Below, in pieces: positions 36,239 to 44,740 of a stretch of DNA of 44,740 nt. The stretch comes from Synechococcus sp. (lineage in GTDB: Bacteria; Cyanobacteriota; Cyanobacteriia; Thermostichales; PCC-7336). The stretch covers positions 1-44,740 of the forward strand of contig JBFRWD010000170.1 of assembly GCA_051439425.1 (NCBI GenBank). The letters are read 5' to 3'. Made by a program: the position numbers and the translations under genes. Position 1 is the first letter of the stretch. Each line of letters opens with the position of its first letter. The notes beneath the pieces were generated by a model, which worked only from the letters and a program-made list of their open reading frames with translations, did not search any database and was not told the DNA's origin.

Positions 36239-36450
36239 AGGCAATGGATGGAGAATAGTGGTTCGGCTCTTGGGATGCTGCTAATGGTTCGAGACGAAGG
36301 CTTGGTCATCGATTGCTCAAGCGTTTATCAAGTCAGTACTATCGCAGGTTTGATGAATCGGCCTCTTTTCGAAGGGGAGAGTTTAGGTCTGTTTCACTAT
36401 TGATAGTGCGTTATGGGGTTGCTCTGCGGTACAAGTAGGGCTTGTTTGCA

Positions 36451-37356
36451 TCAAGCAATATATAGGCTAAGAGTCCCACGATCGCCATCCAGCTCTGCTA
36501 TTACTCCCACAGGCAACGCCAGATTATCCCCGTCCCCATGTCCGAACTCCAGCCCCGCCACAATCGGGATTCCTAAATCAAGCAGGCGATCGCGAAGGGT
36601 TATCTCCGCCGAATATGGACTGTCCTCCGACCAAGTATCCTCCCAACAAAAGCGACCCAGAGCAACACCGACCACCGATTTCAATGCCCCCGAACCTCGC
36701 CATTGTGTCAACATGCGGTCAATCCGATAGTTCTGTTCGTTGATGTCTTCGAGCGCCAGCACCGTTGGGCGCTCGCCCACCGGCCAGTCCGAGGTGCCCA
36801 GCAAAGCAGTAGCTACTGTTAAATTGGCAGGCATCAGCACCCCTGTCGCATGCCCTGCAGACCACGCTTGGCCAGATATTGACGGCATAGTGCCCTTAGT
36901 CAGATATCGATGCAGGCGATCGCGAGACTCGGCAGACTCTAGCGACATATGCGTCACAATTGGCCCGTGTACGCTGACAATCCCACGAGATGCCGCCGCC
37001 CACAACAATGCAGTGATGTCTGAAAACCCCACAATCCATTTGGGAGAGTCCATAAAACCCCGCCAATCCAGCTGTGGCAGCAGCCGTGTGGCACCGTATC
37101 CGCCGCGTCCGCAGAGAATGGCTCGACAATCGGGATCGTCGAATGCTGTTTGTAGACAAGCCAAGCGTTCGAGATCGCTCCCCGCTAAATAGTTCAATGG
37201 GGCTGCTTCCTGAGGCAGCATTGGCACCACCTCGTACCCCCAACTCCGCCAAATCTCGATGCCAGTTTGCAATGACTGCGGCGACCCCGAGCCGCTGGGT
37301 AGCACCACACACACCCGATCCCCCGCCTGCAACAGTGGAGGAGTCACAAAGGCCAT
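36451..37356 (-). CDS. LD-carboxypeptidase (peptidase S66)
   Basis: YLAGSD..R, RGGYG, GFSDIT (Ser), LEDINE (Glu), FGH (His). Confidence 0.92.
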   Translation of the reverse strand: MAFVTPPLLQAGDRVCVVLPSGSGSPQSLQTGIEIWRSWGYEVVPMLPQEAAPLNYLAGSDLERLACLQTAFDDPDCRAILCGRGGYGATRLLPQLDWRGFMDSPKWIVGFSDITALLWAAASRGIVSVHGPIVTHMSLESAESRDRLHRYLTKGTMPSISGQAWSAGHATGVLMPANLTVATALLGTSDWPVGERPTVLALEDINEQNYRIDRMLTQWRGSGALKSVVGVALGRFCWEDTWSEDSPYSAEITLRDRLLDLGIPIVAGLEFGHGDGDNLALPVGVIAELDGDRGTLSLYIA

Positions 37357-37391
37357 ATGCGTTTTTCCCTCTACTATTTTCAGGTGTCATC

Positions 37392-38426
37392 TCAAGCTTG
37401 TGCCATCTCTAACTTGCGGCGACGCAGTTGACCGCAGGCCGCATCCGCATCCAATCCGCGAGATCGGCGCACGCTGGCAGCCACCCGCCGCTGCTTGAGG
37501 CGATCGATAAATCGCTCGACGAGATCGCTCTCCGGTCGCTGATAATCGGCATCGGAAATCGGATTGTAGAGTAATAAATTGACGTGAGACTGAAAACCAC
37601 CCACCAAGTCCGCAAGCTGGTCGGCGTGAATCAGATGGTCGTTGACCCCGCCGAGAAGGATGTATTCAAAACTCACCCGTCGCCCGGTGATATCGACGTA
37701 ATGACGGCAATCATCGATCAGATCGTGAATTGGGTATTTGTCCGCAGAAGGGATGAGTTGGTGGCGCAGCTCTTGGTTGGGGGCGTGCAAACTAACAGCG
37801 AGCGTTACCTGCAGCTTGTGCTTGGCAAAGCGGCGAATTTGGTTGGGAATGCCAACGGTTGAGACTGTCATATGTCGCTGACCGATGCCGATATCTTCGT
37901 TGAAACACCGCAGTGACTCCAACACATTGGGCAGATTTTGTAGGGGTTCTCCCATGCCCATAAACACGATGTTGCTGACACGGCGCTCCATGTCTTCCTG
38001 CACCGTCAGCACCTGATCGACAATCTCGTGAACGGCTAGGTTTCGTTTCAAGCCACCCTTACCCGTTGCGCAAAAATCACAAGCCATCGCGCAGCCCACT
38101 TGGGATGACACGCAGACGGTCAGGCGATCGCTGGTGGGAATCCCCACCGTTTCGATGGTTTCCCCATCCTGCAGTCCCATCAAAAACTTGACGGTGCCAT
38201 CTCTTGCTTCCGAACGATAGGTGATATCGGCTCGCCCCACCGGATAGTCTTGCACCTGCTCCCGCCATGCTTTGGAAAACACCGTGATTTCCGAGAGCGA
38301 TCGCACTCCCTTCTGATAAATCCATTGGTGCAATTGCTTGCCGCGAAACTTGGCCTGCCCTTGGGCTACGACCCAATCAGTCAACGCAGCAGCAGATTGT
38401 CCGACAAGAGGTTGGGGAGCGTTCAC
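37392..38426 (-). CDS. rlmN: 23S rRNA m2A2503 / tRNA dual-specificity radical-SAM methyltransferase
   Basis: [18 protein letters not shown] (CxxxCxxC), [23 protein letters not shown] start at 38426 preferred over the track's 38543. Confidence 0.96.
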   Translation of the reverse strand: MNAPQPLVGQSAAALTDWVVAQGQAKFRGKQLHQWIYQKGVRSLSEITVFSKAWREQVQDYPVGRADITYRSEARDGTVKFLMGLQDGETIETVGIPTSDRLTVCVSSQVGCAMACDFCATGKGGLKRNLAVHEIVDQVLTVQEDMERRVSNIVFMGMGEPLQNLPNVLESLRCFNEDIGIGQRHMTVSTVGIPNQIRRFAKHKLQVTLAVSLHAPNQELRHQLIPSADKYPIHDLIDDCRHYVDITGRRVSFEYILLGGVNDHLIHADQLADLVGGFQSHVNLLLYNPISDADYQRPESDLVERFIDRLKQRRVAASVRRSRGLDADAACGQLRRRKLEMAQA

Positions 38427-39069
38427 GATATGTCTTGGGGGAGGATAACTGTTTCGCTCGCGAAGTAACCAATTGCCATACAACCTAGAGCTGGACGAGC
38501 AGAGGGTTTGGCGAGCAGAGTAAGACCACTGTACCTGCAGCACGAAAATGGAGATCGAGAGCGAGATTGCTGCTGGTGATGTATGGGTGGCGTTAAAACC
38601 GAACGACAGCGCCTTTTAGATTGTTGACACCACTGTCAGGACTAAAGCTAACTGCGACGAAATTGCTAACGATCCAGATTTTCAGGACATCCATTAACAT
38701 TCTCAATCATGACCATGTCGTTGAAGCGACCGCTGGCTATCTCCTGTACGCTATTCGCCCCGCAATGCTAGACCGTAACGATGTTCGCGCCGAAACAACC
38801 GAGAAGACATCAGACGACAGCAATTATCAAGAATGACAAAGACAACCGCAATATTACTTAACTCGGCAGGATATAGAGGTTGGCCTGGGTACGCTATGGC
38901 CAGCAAGACCATTCCACTTGGCTGAACGATCGCCTTCCGCGATAGTTTTGCAAGTCTCCTGTAGAAGTCCGCATAGTTGCTAGACGCGTGTTGCTGCCAG
39001 TCATGGCAGCACACTTTTTAAGAAGCAGATTTGTGTTGAGGCAGCAATCGTTCAATCGAAAGACCCCCA

Positions 39070-39374
39070 ATCGCGATCGGCCTCACCGCTAGCTTGACTA
39101 AACTGGGCCGATAATCTCGCAGCAATCCAGTTAGCTGTTGACGCGCAAGAGCGGGCAGAAGTCTTACGAGAACAGTTAGATTTTGCATACGAAAACGTAC
39201 GAAGAACGCAATCGCCATATCAAAGAATTGCTGGCATCCATCCGCCAGAGTCGAGATGCGCTGACGGGGATCTACCGTCAAGACATGAGTAAGCTACAAG
39301 ACTTTGGATTCAACGTTGAGCAAAAAGGCTTGAAGCGATTGGCAGATAGTAGATCTCTGGACGCGCCAAACTGA
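39070..39374 (+). pseudogene. Degraded hypothetical helical protein
   Basis: SASPLA*LNWADNLAAIQLAVDAQERAEVLREQLDFAY, then a frameshift (~39190) to YEERNRHIKELLASIRQSRDALTGIYRQDMSKLQDFGFNV. It reads as one continuous protein-like sequence. Confidence 0.45.
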
Positions 39375-39762
39375 GCGCAAGGAGCAGAAACTAGATCGAA
39401 AATACTTCTTCAATGACAGAAAGCGAGCAGAAGACTTTCCGCGTTGCGTCTTCCACCCGCTTTTTGTCGTTCACTCCTCACCTGCAGTGCAGTGTAGCCC
39501 ATAATTGTCAGTCCGGCACCGTTAAGCTCCAAGGTGAATAGAGCTTGTAACGGGCGAGCAATCTTACGGTGCTCCACCGCTGCAGCACCGTTCTTTGGGG
39601 ATGGCTTGTGGAACAGACGATTGCTTTTTCCTCTCTAGGTCTAGAGACTCTCACCTGCCAAATTCCTCTAGGAAGTCTGAAAAGATTAGGGGCGATCGCT
39701 CGGTTGCCTGCAAGGAAGGTGTTAAATAACGTTAAGAGCCTGCTTAACAGGATGAAGGGATC

Positions 39763-40773
39763 GTGACAATAGCTGTTTCCATTCAGGGATTGCGAAAGCG
39801 CTACGGCGACTTTGAAGCAGTGAAGGATGTGTCGCTGCAGGTGGAAAGCGGACAGATTTTAGGGCTGTTGGGGCCGAATGGGGCGGGGAAGACAACGACA
39901 CTTAGATGTCTGTGCACCCTGTTGCGTCCTGATGCTGGTGACCTGCGCGTATGTGGAGTTTCGGCGATAGAGAATCCGCGTGCGGTGCGCAAACTGTTGG
40001 GATACGTTGCCCAAGAAGTGGCACTTGATAAGGTCTTGACTGGGCGGGAGCTACTGCAGTTGCAGGCCGATCTCTACCATATGAAAAGAGCTCAGGCGAC
40101 CGCTCGCATCGACACCGTACTCAAATTACTGGATTTGGAAGCTAGGGCTGATGACCAGTCAGGAACCTATTCCGGTGGATTGAAGAAGCGGCTAGATTTG
40201 GCGGCAGGGTTGCTGCACGAACCCAAAGTATTAGTTCTAGACGAGCCAACTGTTGGTCTGGATATTGAAAGCCGCGTGGCGATTTGGGAGTTCCTTAGAG
40301 AGATTAAGGAGCGCGGCATCACTGTGTTGATGACCAGTCATTATCTGGAGGAGATCGACGCGCTGGCGGATTCGGTTGCCATCATCGATGCCGGTCGAGT
40401 CATCGCCACGGGCACTCCCTCTGAATTGAAAGACCAAGTGGGAGGCGATCGCCTCACCTTGCGGCTCAAGGAATTCACGCCGCGATCGGAAGCAGAACAA
40501 GCTCTTGATGTCCTCACCGGTTTGGCCTTTGTTCAGAACATTGTGATTAACGCCGCTCAGGGCAATGCCCTTAACCTAGTCGTTAACATAAATGAAGCGG
40601 ACGCCAGTACTGAAGTGCGTCAGCAGTTAGACCGTGCTGGGTTACCTGTATTCGGGCTAGCGTATTCCCGCCCCAGTCTGGACGATGTCTATTTGGCGGC
40701 TACGGGTAAAACCCTGAGAGATGCCGAACTTGCGGCGGCTGAAGCCGATGCTGGCGGCAGAAAGAAGAAGTAA
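39763..40773 (+). CDS. ABC exporter ATP-binding subunit (DrrA-like)
   Basis: GPNGAGKTT, YSGGLKKRLDLA, VLVLDEPT, SHYLEE, PSLDDVYL. Confidence 0.94.
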   Translation: MTIAVSIQGLRKRYGDFEAVKDVSLQVESGQILGLLGPNGAGKTTTLRCLCTLLRPDAGDLRVCGVSAIENPRAVRKLLGYVAQEVALDKVLTGRELLQLQADLYHMKRAQATARIDTVLKLLDLEARADDQSGTYSGGLKKRLDLAAGLLHEPKVLVLDEPTVGLDIESRVAIWEFLREIKERGITVLMTSHYLEEIDALADSVAIIDAGRVIATGTPSELKDQVGGDRLTLRLKEFTPRSEAEQALDVLTGLAFVQNIVINAAQGNALNLVVNINEADASTEVRQQLDRAGLPVFGLAYSRPSLDDVYLAATGKTLRDAELAAAEADAGGRKKK

Positions 40774-40828
40774 GCGCTCAGTTCCCCATCCATAGTCCTT
40801 TTTTGTCGTTTCACATGGCCTCTTTTGC

Positions 40829-41710
40829 ATGACTGAAGCTACCTCCCCCAATCTGCAAGCAGACTACGCGGGTGAAGTTGATTCTCAATTACCCGGTCTT
40901 CTGTCTCCCGAATTCTGGCAAGAAACCGCTGCTCTCACCCGTCGCCTATTCATCCAGCTCAAGCGTCGCCCAACCTCGTTTGCGGTAGGGATCGTTCAGC
41001 CGTTGCTGTGGCTGTTGCTGTTTGGTTCGCTGTTCCAAAATGCTCCCCAGGGAATTTTTGGCGATACCCAAAGCTACGTTCAGTTCTTGGGAGCTGGGGT
41101 GATTGTGTTTACCGCATACGGCGGTGCGCTGAACGCGGGGTTACCTGTGTTATTCGATCGCGAGTTTGGCTTTCTCAATCGCTTGCTAGTGGCTCCGCTG
41201 GCCTCGCGATTCTCGATCGTGCTGGCTTCGGCGTTTTACATTGTGAGTCTGGCTTTGGTGCAAACTGCGGTGATTGTTGGCGCCAGTTATGTGTTGGGCG
41301 CCGGTATTCCCGACCCTGTTGGTTTGGGGTTGGTGATTGCGATTGTTTCGCTGCTAGTGCTCGGATTCACTGCTCTTAGTTTGGGGTTGGCGTTTGCCAT
41401 GCCCGGTCACGTTGAGCTGTTGGCTGTAATTTTCCTGATCAACCTGCCATTAATTTTCTCCAGTACTGCGTTGGCTCCTCTCTCTTTTATGCCCACGTGG
41501 CTGAAGTGGGTGGCTAGCCTTAATCCACTAACCCACGCGATCGAACCGATTCGCCATCTTTACACCCATGCCGATTGGGCTTGGTCTGACATCGTGCTAC
41601 ATGCTCCTTGGGGGGACCTGTCGTTGTTAAGCTCCCTGGGAGCGCTGTCGCTCTTTGTGGTGCTGTCCGTTACGTTAGTGCAAGGAGTATTGCGTAAGGT
41701 TCTTGCCTAA
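40829..41710 (+). CDS. ABC-2 type permease (DrrB-like)
   Basis: Six TM segments, FDREFGFLNRLLVAP, MPTWLKWVASLNPLT. Confidence 0.93.
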   Translation: MTEATSPNLQADYAGEVDSQLPGLLSPEFWQETAALTRRLFIQLKRRPTSFAVGIVQPLLWLLLFGSLFQNAPQGIFGDTQSYVQFLGAGVIVFTAYGGALNAGLPVLFDREFGFLNRLLVAPLASRFSIVLASAFYIVSLALVQTAVIVGASYVLGAGIPDPVGLGLVIAIVSLLVLGFTALSLGLAFAMPGHVELLAVIFLINLPLIFSSTALAPLSFMPTWLKWVASLNPLTHAIEPIRHLYTHADWAWSDIVLHAPWGDLSLLSSLGALSLFVVLSVTLVQGVLRKVLA

Positions 41711-42492
41711 TGCCGGTTCTCGATCGCATTTGGATTTACCCCATCAAGTCATTTGATGGGGTTTTGTTGTCTGAAGCTGAAGTATTACCGAGTGGAGCGT
41801 TGAAGGGCGATCGCGAGTTTGCTCTGTTCGATCGCCTCGGTCGTTACGTAAATGCCAAACGCACGGCCCGAATTCATCAGCTAAGGGCGCAGTTCGATCT
41901 GGCTGCGCGACGAGTGTCTTTACAAGAAGAGGGCACTTCGGAATGGTTGGACTTTGGGATGGATGGCGATCGCTCTTTGCTAGAGGCATGGCTGAGCGAG
42001 TTCTTTGGCCATCGGGTTTGGGTGAAGCAGAACCAGGGGGCAGGATTTCCTGACGACACGAATTATCCAGGACCAACGGTTGTTGCAACCGAAACGCTGG
42101 CGACGATTGCTGGATGGTTTGACGGGCTCGATGCTACTCAGCTACAACGGCGCTTGCGAGTGAATCTGGAGGTAAGGGACGCGGAGGTATTTTGGGAGGA
42201 TCGCTTGTGTGTGAATGGCGATCACGGTGTTCCGTTTCGGATTGGTGATTCCGTTACGTTGGCAGGTACTAACCCCTGCGCTCGATGTGTGGTGCCGACT
42301 CGCGATCCCGTTACAGGGGAGCAGACCGATAAGTTTCAAAAGAATTTTGTCGAGCGCCGCAAAGCGATGTTCCCTGAGTGGGGCAATCCCGATCGGTTCA
42401 ACCACTACTATCGGCTAACTACAAACACGCGGCTGCTAGATAGCAGCGATGGCGGCACGATTCGGGTGGGCGATCGGGTGGAGCTGGTTTAG
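41710..42492 (+). CDS. MOSC domain protein
   Basis: IWIYPIKS, GDREFAL, RRLRVNL, FWED, PCARCVVPTRDP.TG. TAATG overlap with the permease. Confidence 0.92.
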   Translation: MPVLDRIWIYPIKSFDGVLLSEAEVLPSGALKGDREFALFDRLGRYVNAKRTARIHQLRAQFDLAARRVSLQEEGTSEWLDFGMDGDRSLLEAWLSEFFGHRVWVKQNQGAGFPDDTNYPGPTVVATETLATIAGWFDGLDATQLQRRLRVNLEVRDAEVFWEDRLCVNGDHGVPFRIGDSVTLAGTNPCARCVVPTRDPVTGEQTDKFQKNFVERRKAMFPEWGNPDRFNHYYRLTTNTRLLDSSDGGTIRVGDRVELV

Positions 42493-42807
42493 TCCGTCGG
42501 CGATCGACAATTGGCGACTATACAGAGTTCAATTCAATCGCAATGCATTTGCAATGCACAGTTATCGACGCCACTTGTTTTCTCCTTCGTTGAGGAACTC
42601 CTGGGATTGGGGTTTCTCTGAGGGGCACTCGTCTGGGGACACTAAAAATAGCTACAAAATTTCAGCTAATCCTACTCACACTTAAAGGCTGACTTTAGTA
42701 GTTGGAAAACAAACCGAAAAAAGTCAGCCTGGCGAAGGGGGCCAATCAGAATGTAGAAGACATTCGATTTCAACAAGTTCCCGCCCTTTAGCACCCCAGG
42801 GGTTGTT

Positions 42808-44740
42808 ATGAAAGCGCTGCGCACCTTCAGAATTGCTCCTTTCTTACCCCAGCCACTCGAACCCCTTAGGCAACTGGCCCACAACCTATATTTCAGTTGG
42901 AGCGTTGAAACCCAGCGACTGTTCCAGCGCATGGACGAACATCTCTGGGAAGACTGTCAGCACAACCCCGTTCAACTGTTGGGGAATCTCTCTCAAGAGA
43001 AACTGAGCGCATTGGCCTCAGACGACGGCTTTTTGGCCCACATGCAGCGGGCTCAACAACAGCTTCAGGCGTATTTGGACGCAGGCACCTGGTATAGCCA
43101 GGTACGAGGGGAAACCAAGGTAGAAGGGGAATGCTACGCCTACTTTTCAGCTGAGTTTGGCCTGGCGGACTGTTTACCGATCTATTCCGGTGGCTTGGGG
43201 GTTTTGGCTGGAGATCACCTTAAATCTGCCAGCGATTTGGGATTACCACTGGTTGGCGTTGGACTGCTGTACCAGAAAGGCTACTTCCGCCAATATCTCA
43301 ACCAGGATGGCTGGCAGCAAGAACGCTATCCCATCAACGACTTCTACAACATGCCCCTCAGCCTAGAGCGGCATCCCGACGGATCGGAGATTCATATTCG
43401 GGTGGACTATCCCAACCGAGCAGTATTTGCCCGCATTTGGCGCGCGCAAGTGGGACGGGTGCCCCTCTATCTCTTGGATACCAATATTGACGTCAACAGC
43501 CAGTACGACCAAGACATCACTGACGAGCTGTACGGTGGCGACAAAGACCTCCGCATTCACCAAGAAATCATGCTGGGTATCGGTGGAGTTCTTGCCCTGC
43601 AAGCATTGGGAATTCGGCCTACCCTCTTCCACATGAACGAGGGACACTCGGCCTTTCTCGGATTAGAACGCATCAGCCAGCTCATGGAGCAAGAAAGCTT
43701 ACCGTTCACCACCGCATTTCAAGTAGCCAAATCCAGCCAAATCTTCACCACCCACACCCCTGTCCCAGCCGGCATCGATCTGTTTCCCCCCGACAAAATT
43801 GACTACTACTTGGGGCGCTATTACAAAACATTCGGTCTTTCGCGAGAGCAATTCCTGGGCTTGGGGCGAGCAAATACCGGAGACTTTAACGCTCCGTTCA
43901 GCATGGCGGTGTTAGCCATCAACACCGCTAGCTACGTCAATGGCGTCAGCCAACTGCACGGTCAAGTAGCGCGAGAGATGTTCAGCAACTTGTGGATGGA
44001 CTTGCCCCAGGAGGAGGTTCCGATCGCCGCCGTTACCAACGGCATCCACTCTCGCACTTGGGTGGGGGTTGACGTTCAGGAACTGTACGATCGCTATCTG
44101 GGCCCCGGCTGGTCATCGGCAACCCCCTCCGATCCCCTCTGGGACAAAGTCAACGCTCTTCCCGATGAGGAACTGTGGCGCACCCACGAGCGCAGTCGTG
44201 CCAATTTAGTGGAGTTCAGTCGCAAGCGGCTGCACGATCAGATCGCCGCGCGAGGAGCATCGGTGATGGAGCTGTCGCGAGCATTAGAAGTTCTCGATCC
44301 CAAGGCACTGACGATTGGCTTTGCTCGCCGGTTTGCTACCTATAAACGAGCGACATTACTGCTCAGAGATCGCGAGCGCCTGATCGAGCTGTTGGCCAAT
44401 AAAGAGCGACCGCTGCAAATTATCTTTGCGGGCAAAGCCCACCCCAAAGACTCTCCGGGTAAAGAACTCATCCGGGAGATCGTGCATTTTTCTCGGGATG
44501 AGAGTGTCTACAACCGCATCGTCTTTATCGAAGATTACGACATGTTCGTCACCAGTCTGATGGTGGCAGGGGCAGACATTTGGCTGAATACGCCGCTACG
44601 TCCGCGAGAGGCATCCGGGACCAGCGGCATGAAAGCCGCCGCCAATGGCTTGCTGAACCTCAGCATTTTGGATGGTTGGTGGGCAGAGGCGGACTATCGG
44701 GCAACGGGATGGGCGATTGGCCGTGGAGAAGAATATCAAG
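42808..44740 (+). CDS. glgP: Alpha-glucan (glycogen) phosphorylase; runs off the right edge
   Basis: Not in the ORF track. ATG 42808: MKALRTFRIAPFLPQPLEPLRQLAHNL, AYFSAEFG, PIYSGGLGVLAGDHLKSASDLG, HMNEGH, FTTHTPVPAG, GFARRFATYKRA, PLP-site EASGTSGMK. Confidence 0.96.
   Translation, partial: MKALRTFRIAPFLPQPLEPLRQLAHNLYFSWSVETQRLFQRMDEHLWEDCQHNPVQLLGNLSQEKLSALASDDGFLAHMQRAQQQLQAYLDAGTWYSQVRGETKVEGECYAYFSAEFGLADCLPIYSGGLGVLAGDHLKSASDLGLPLVGVGLLYQKGYFRQYLNQDGWQQERYPINDFYNMPLSLERHPDGSEIHIRVDYPNRAVFARIWRAQVGRVPLYLLDTNIDVNSQYDQDITDELYGGDKDLRIHQEIMLGIGGVLALQALGIRPTLFHMNEGHSAFLGLERISQLMEQESLPFTTAFQVAKSSQIFTTHTPVPAGIDLFPPDKIDYYLGRYYKTFGLSREQFLGLGRANTGDFNAPFSMAVLAINTASYVNGVSQLHGQVAREMFSNLWMDLPQEEVPIAAVTNGIHSRTWVGVDVQELYDRYLGPGWSSATPSDPLWDKVNALPDEELWRTHERSRANLVEFSRKRLHDQIAARGASVMELSRALEVLDPKALTIGFARRFATYKRATLLLRDRERLIELLANKERPLQIIFAGKAHPKDSPGKELIREIVHFSRDESVYNRIVFIEDYDMFVTSLMVAGADIWLNTPLRPREASGTSGMKAAANGLLNLSILDGWWAEADYRATGWAIGRGEEYQ

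Noticed and set aside
39421..39466. Possible intrinsic terminator
   Set aside because: Interrupted stem with a long loop; not supportable without folding or transcript data.
43157..43647. Short track ORFs at the right end
   Set aside because: They lie within glgP, which the track missed because its stop is outside the window.
1..44740. CRISPR array, tRNA or rRNA genes
   Set aside because: No regularly spaced direct repeats or RNA-gene signatures were seen, and there are no cas genes near the CHAT protease.

Overview
Chromosomal window from a cyanobacterium, inferred from frequent HIP1 octamers (GCGATCGC), DUF928/DUF2358/DUF1400-type genes, rlmN and glgP. The left ~13 kb is a decayed accessory region. 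It holds Tn3-resolvase and IS6 remnants, broken DUF2358 and pheophorbide-a-oxygenase-like genes, a co-oriented dinB-alkB-PIN/Phd toxin-antitoxin string downstream of plasmid-type genes, an orphan protein and an RTX protein. The middle holds a glycogen-debranching/GH63-like glucosidase pair, an alpha/beta hydrolase and an Ntn hydrolase. The best candidate for an uncharacterised system is 22.7-36.2 kb. It comprises a two-partner secretion pair (TpsB plus a short FHA-like TpsA), a small six-Cys exported protein between them, an exported TPR-CHAT caspase-like protease and DUF928. These are bracketed by two AAA_35/STAND-like proteins: one membrane-anchored and fused to a CHASE2 sensor with intact Walker motifs, the other soluble and HTH-fused with a degenerate Walker B. 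The right end is housekeeping: LD-carboxypeptidase, rlmN, an ABC-2 exporter, a MOSC protein and partial glgP. All family assignments come from motif recognition by eye; no database searches were run.
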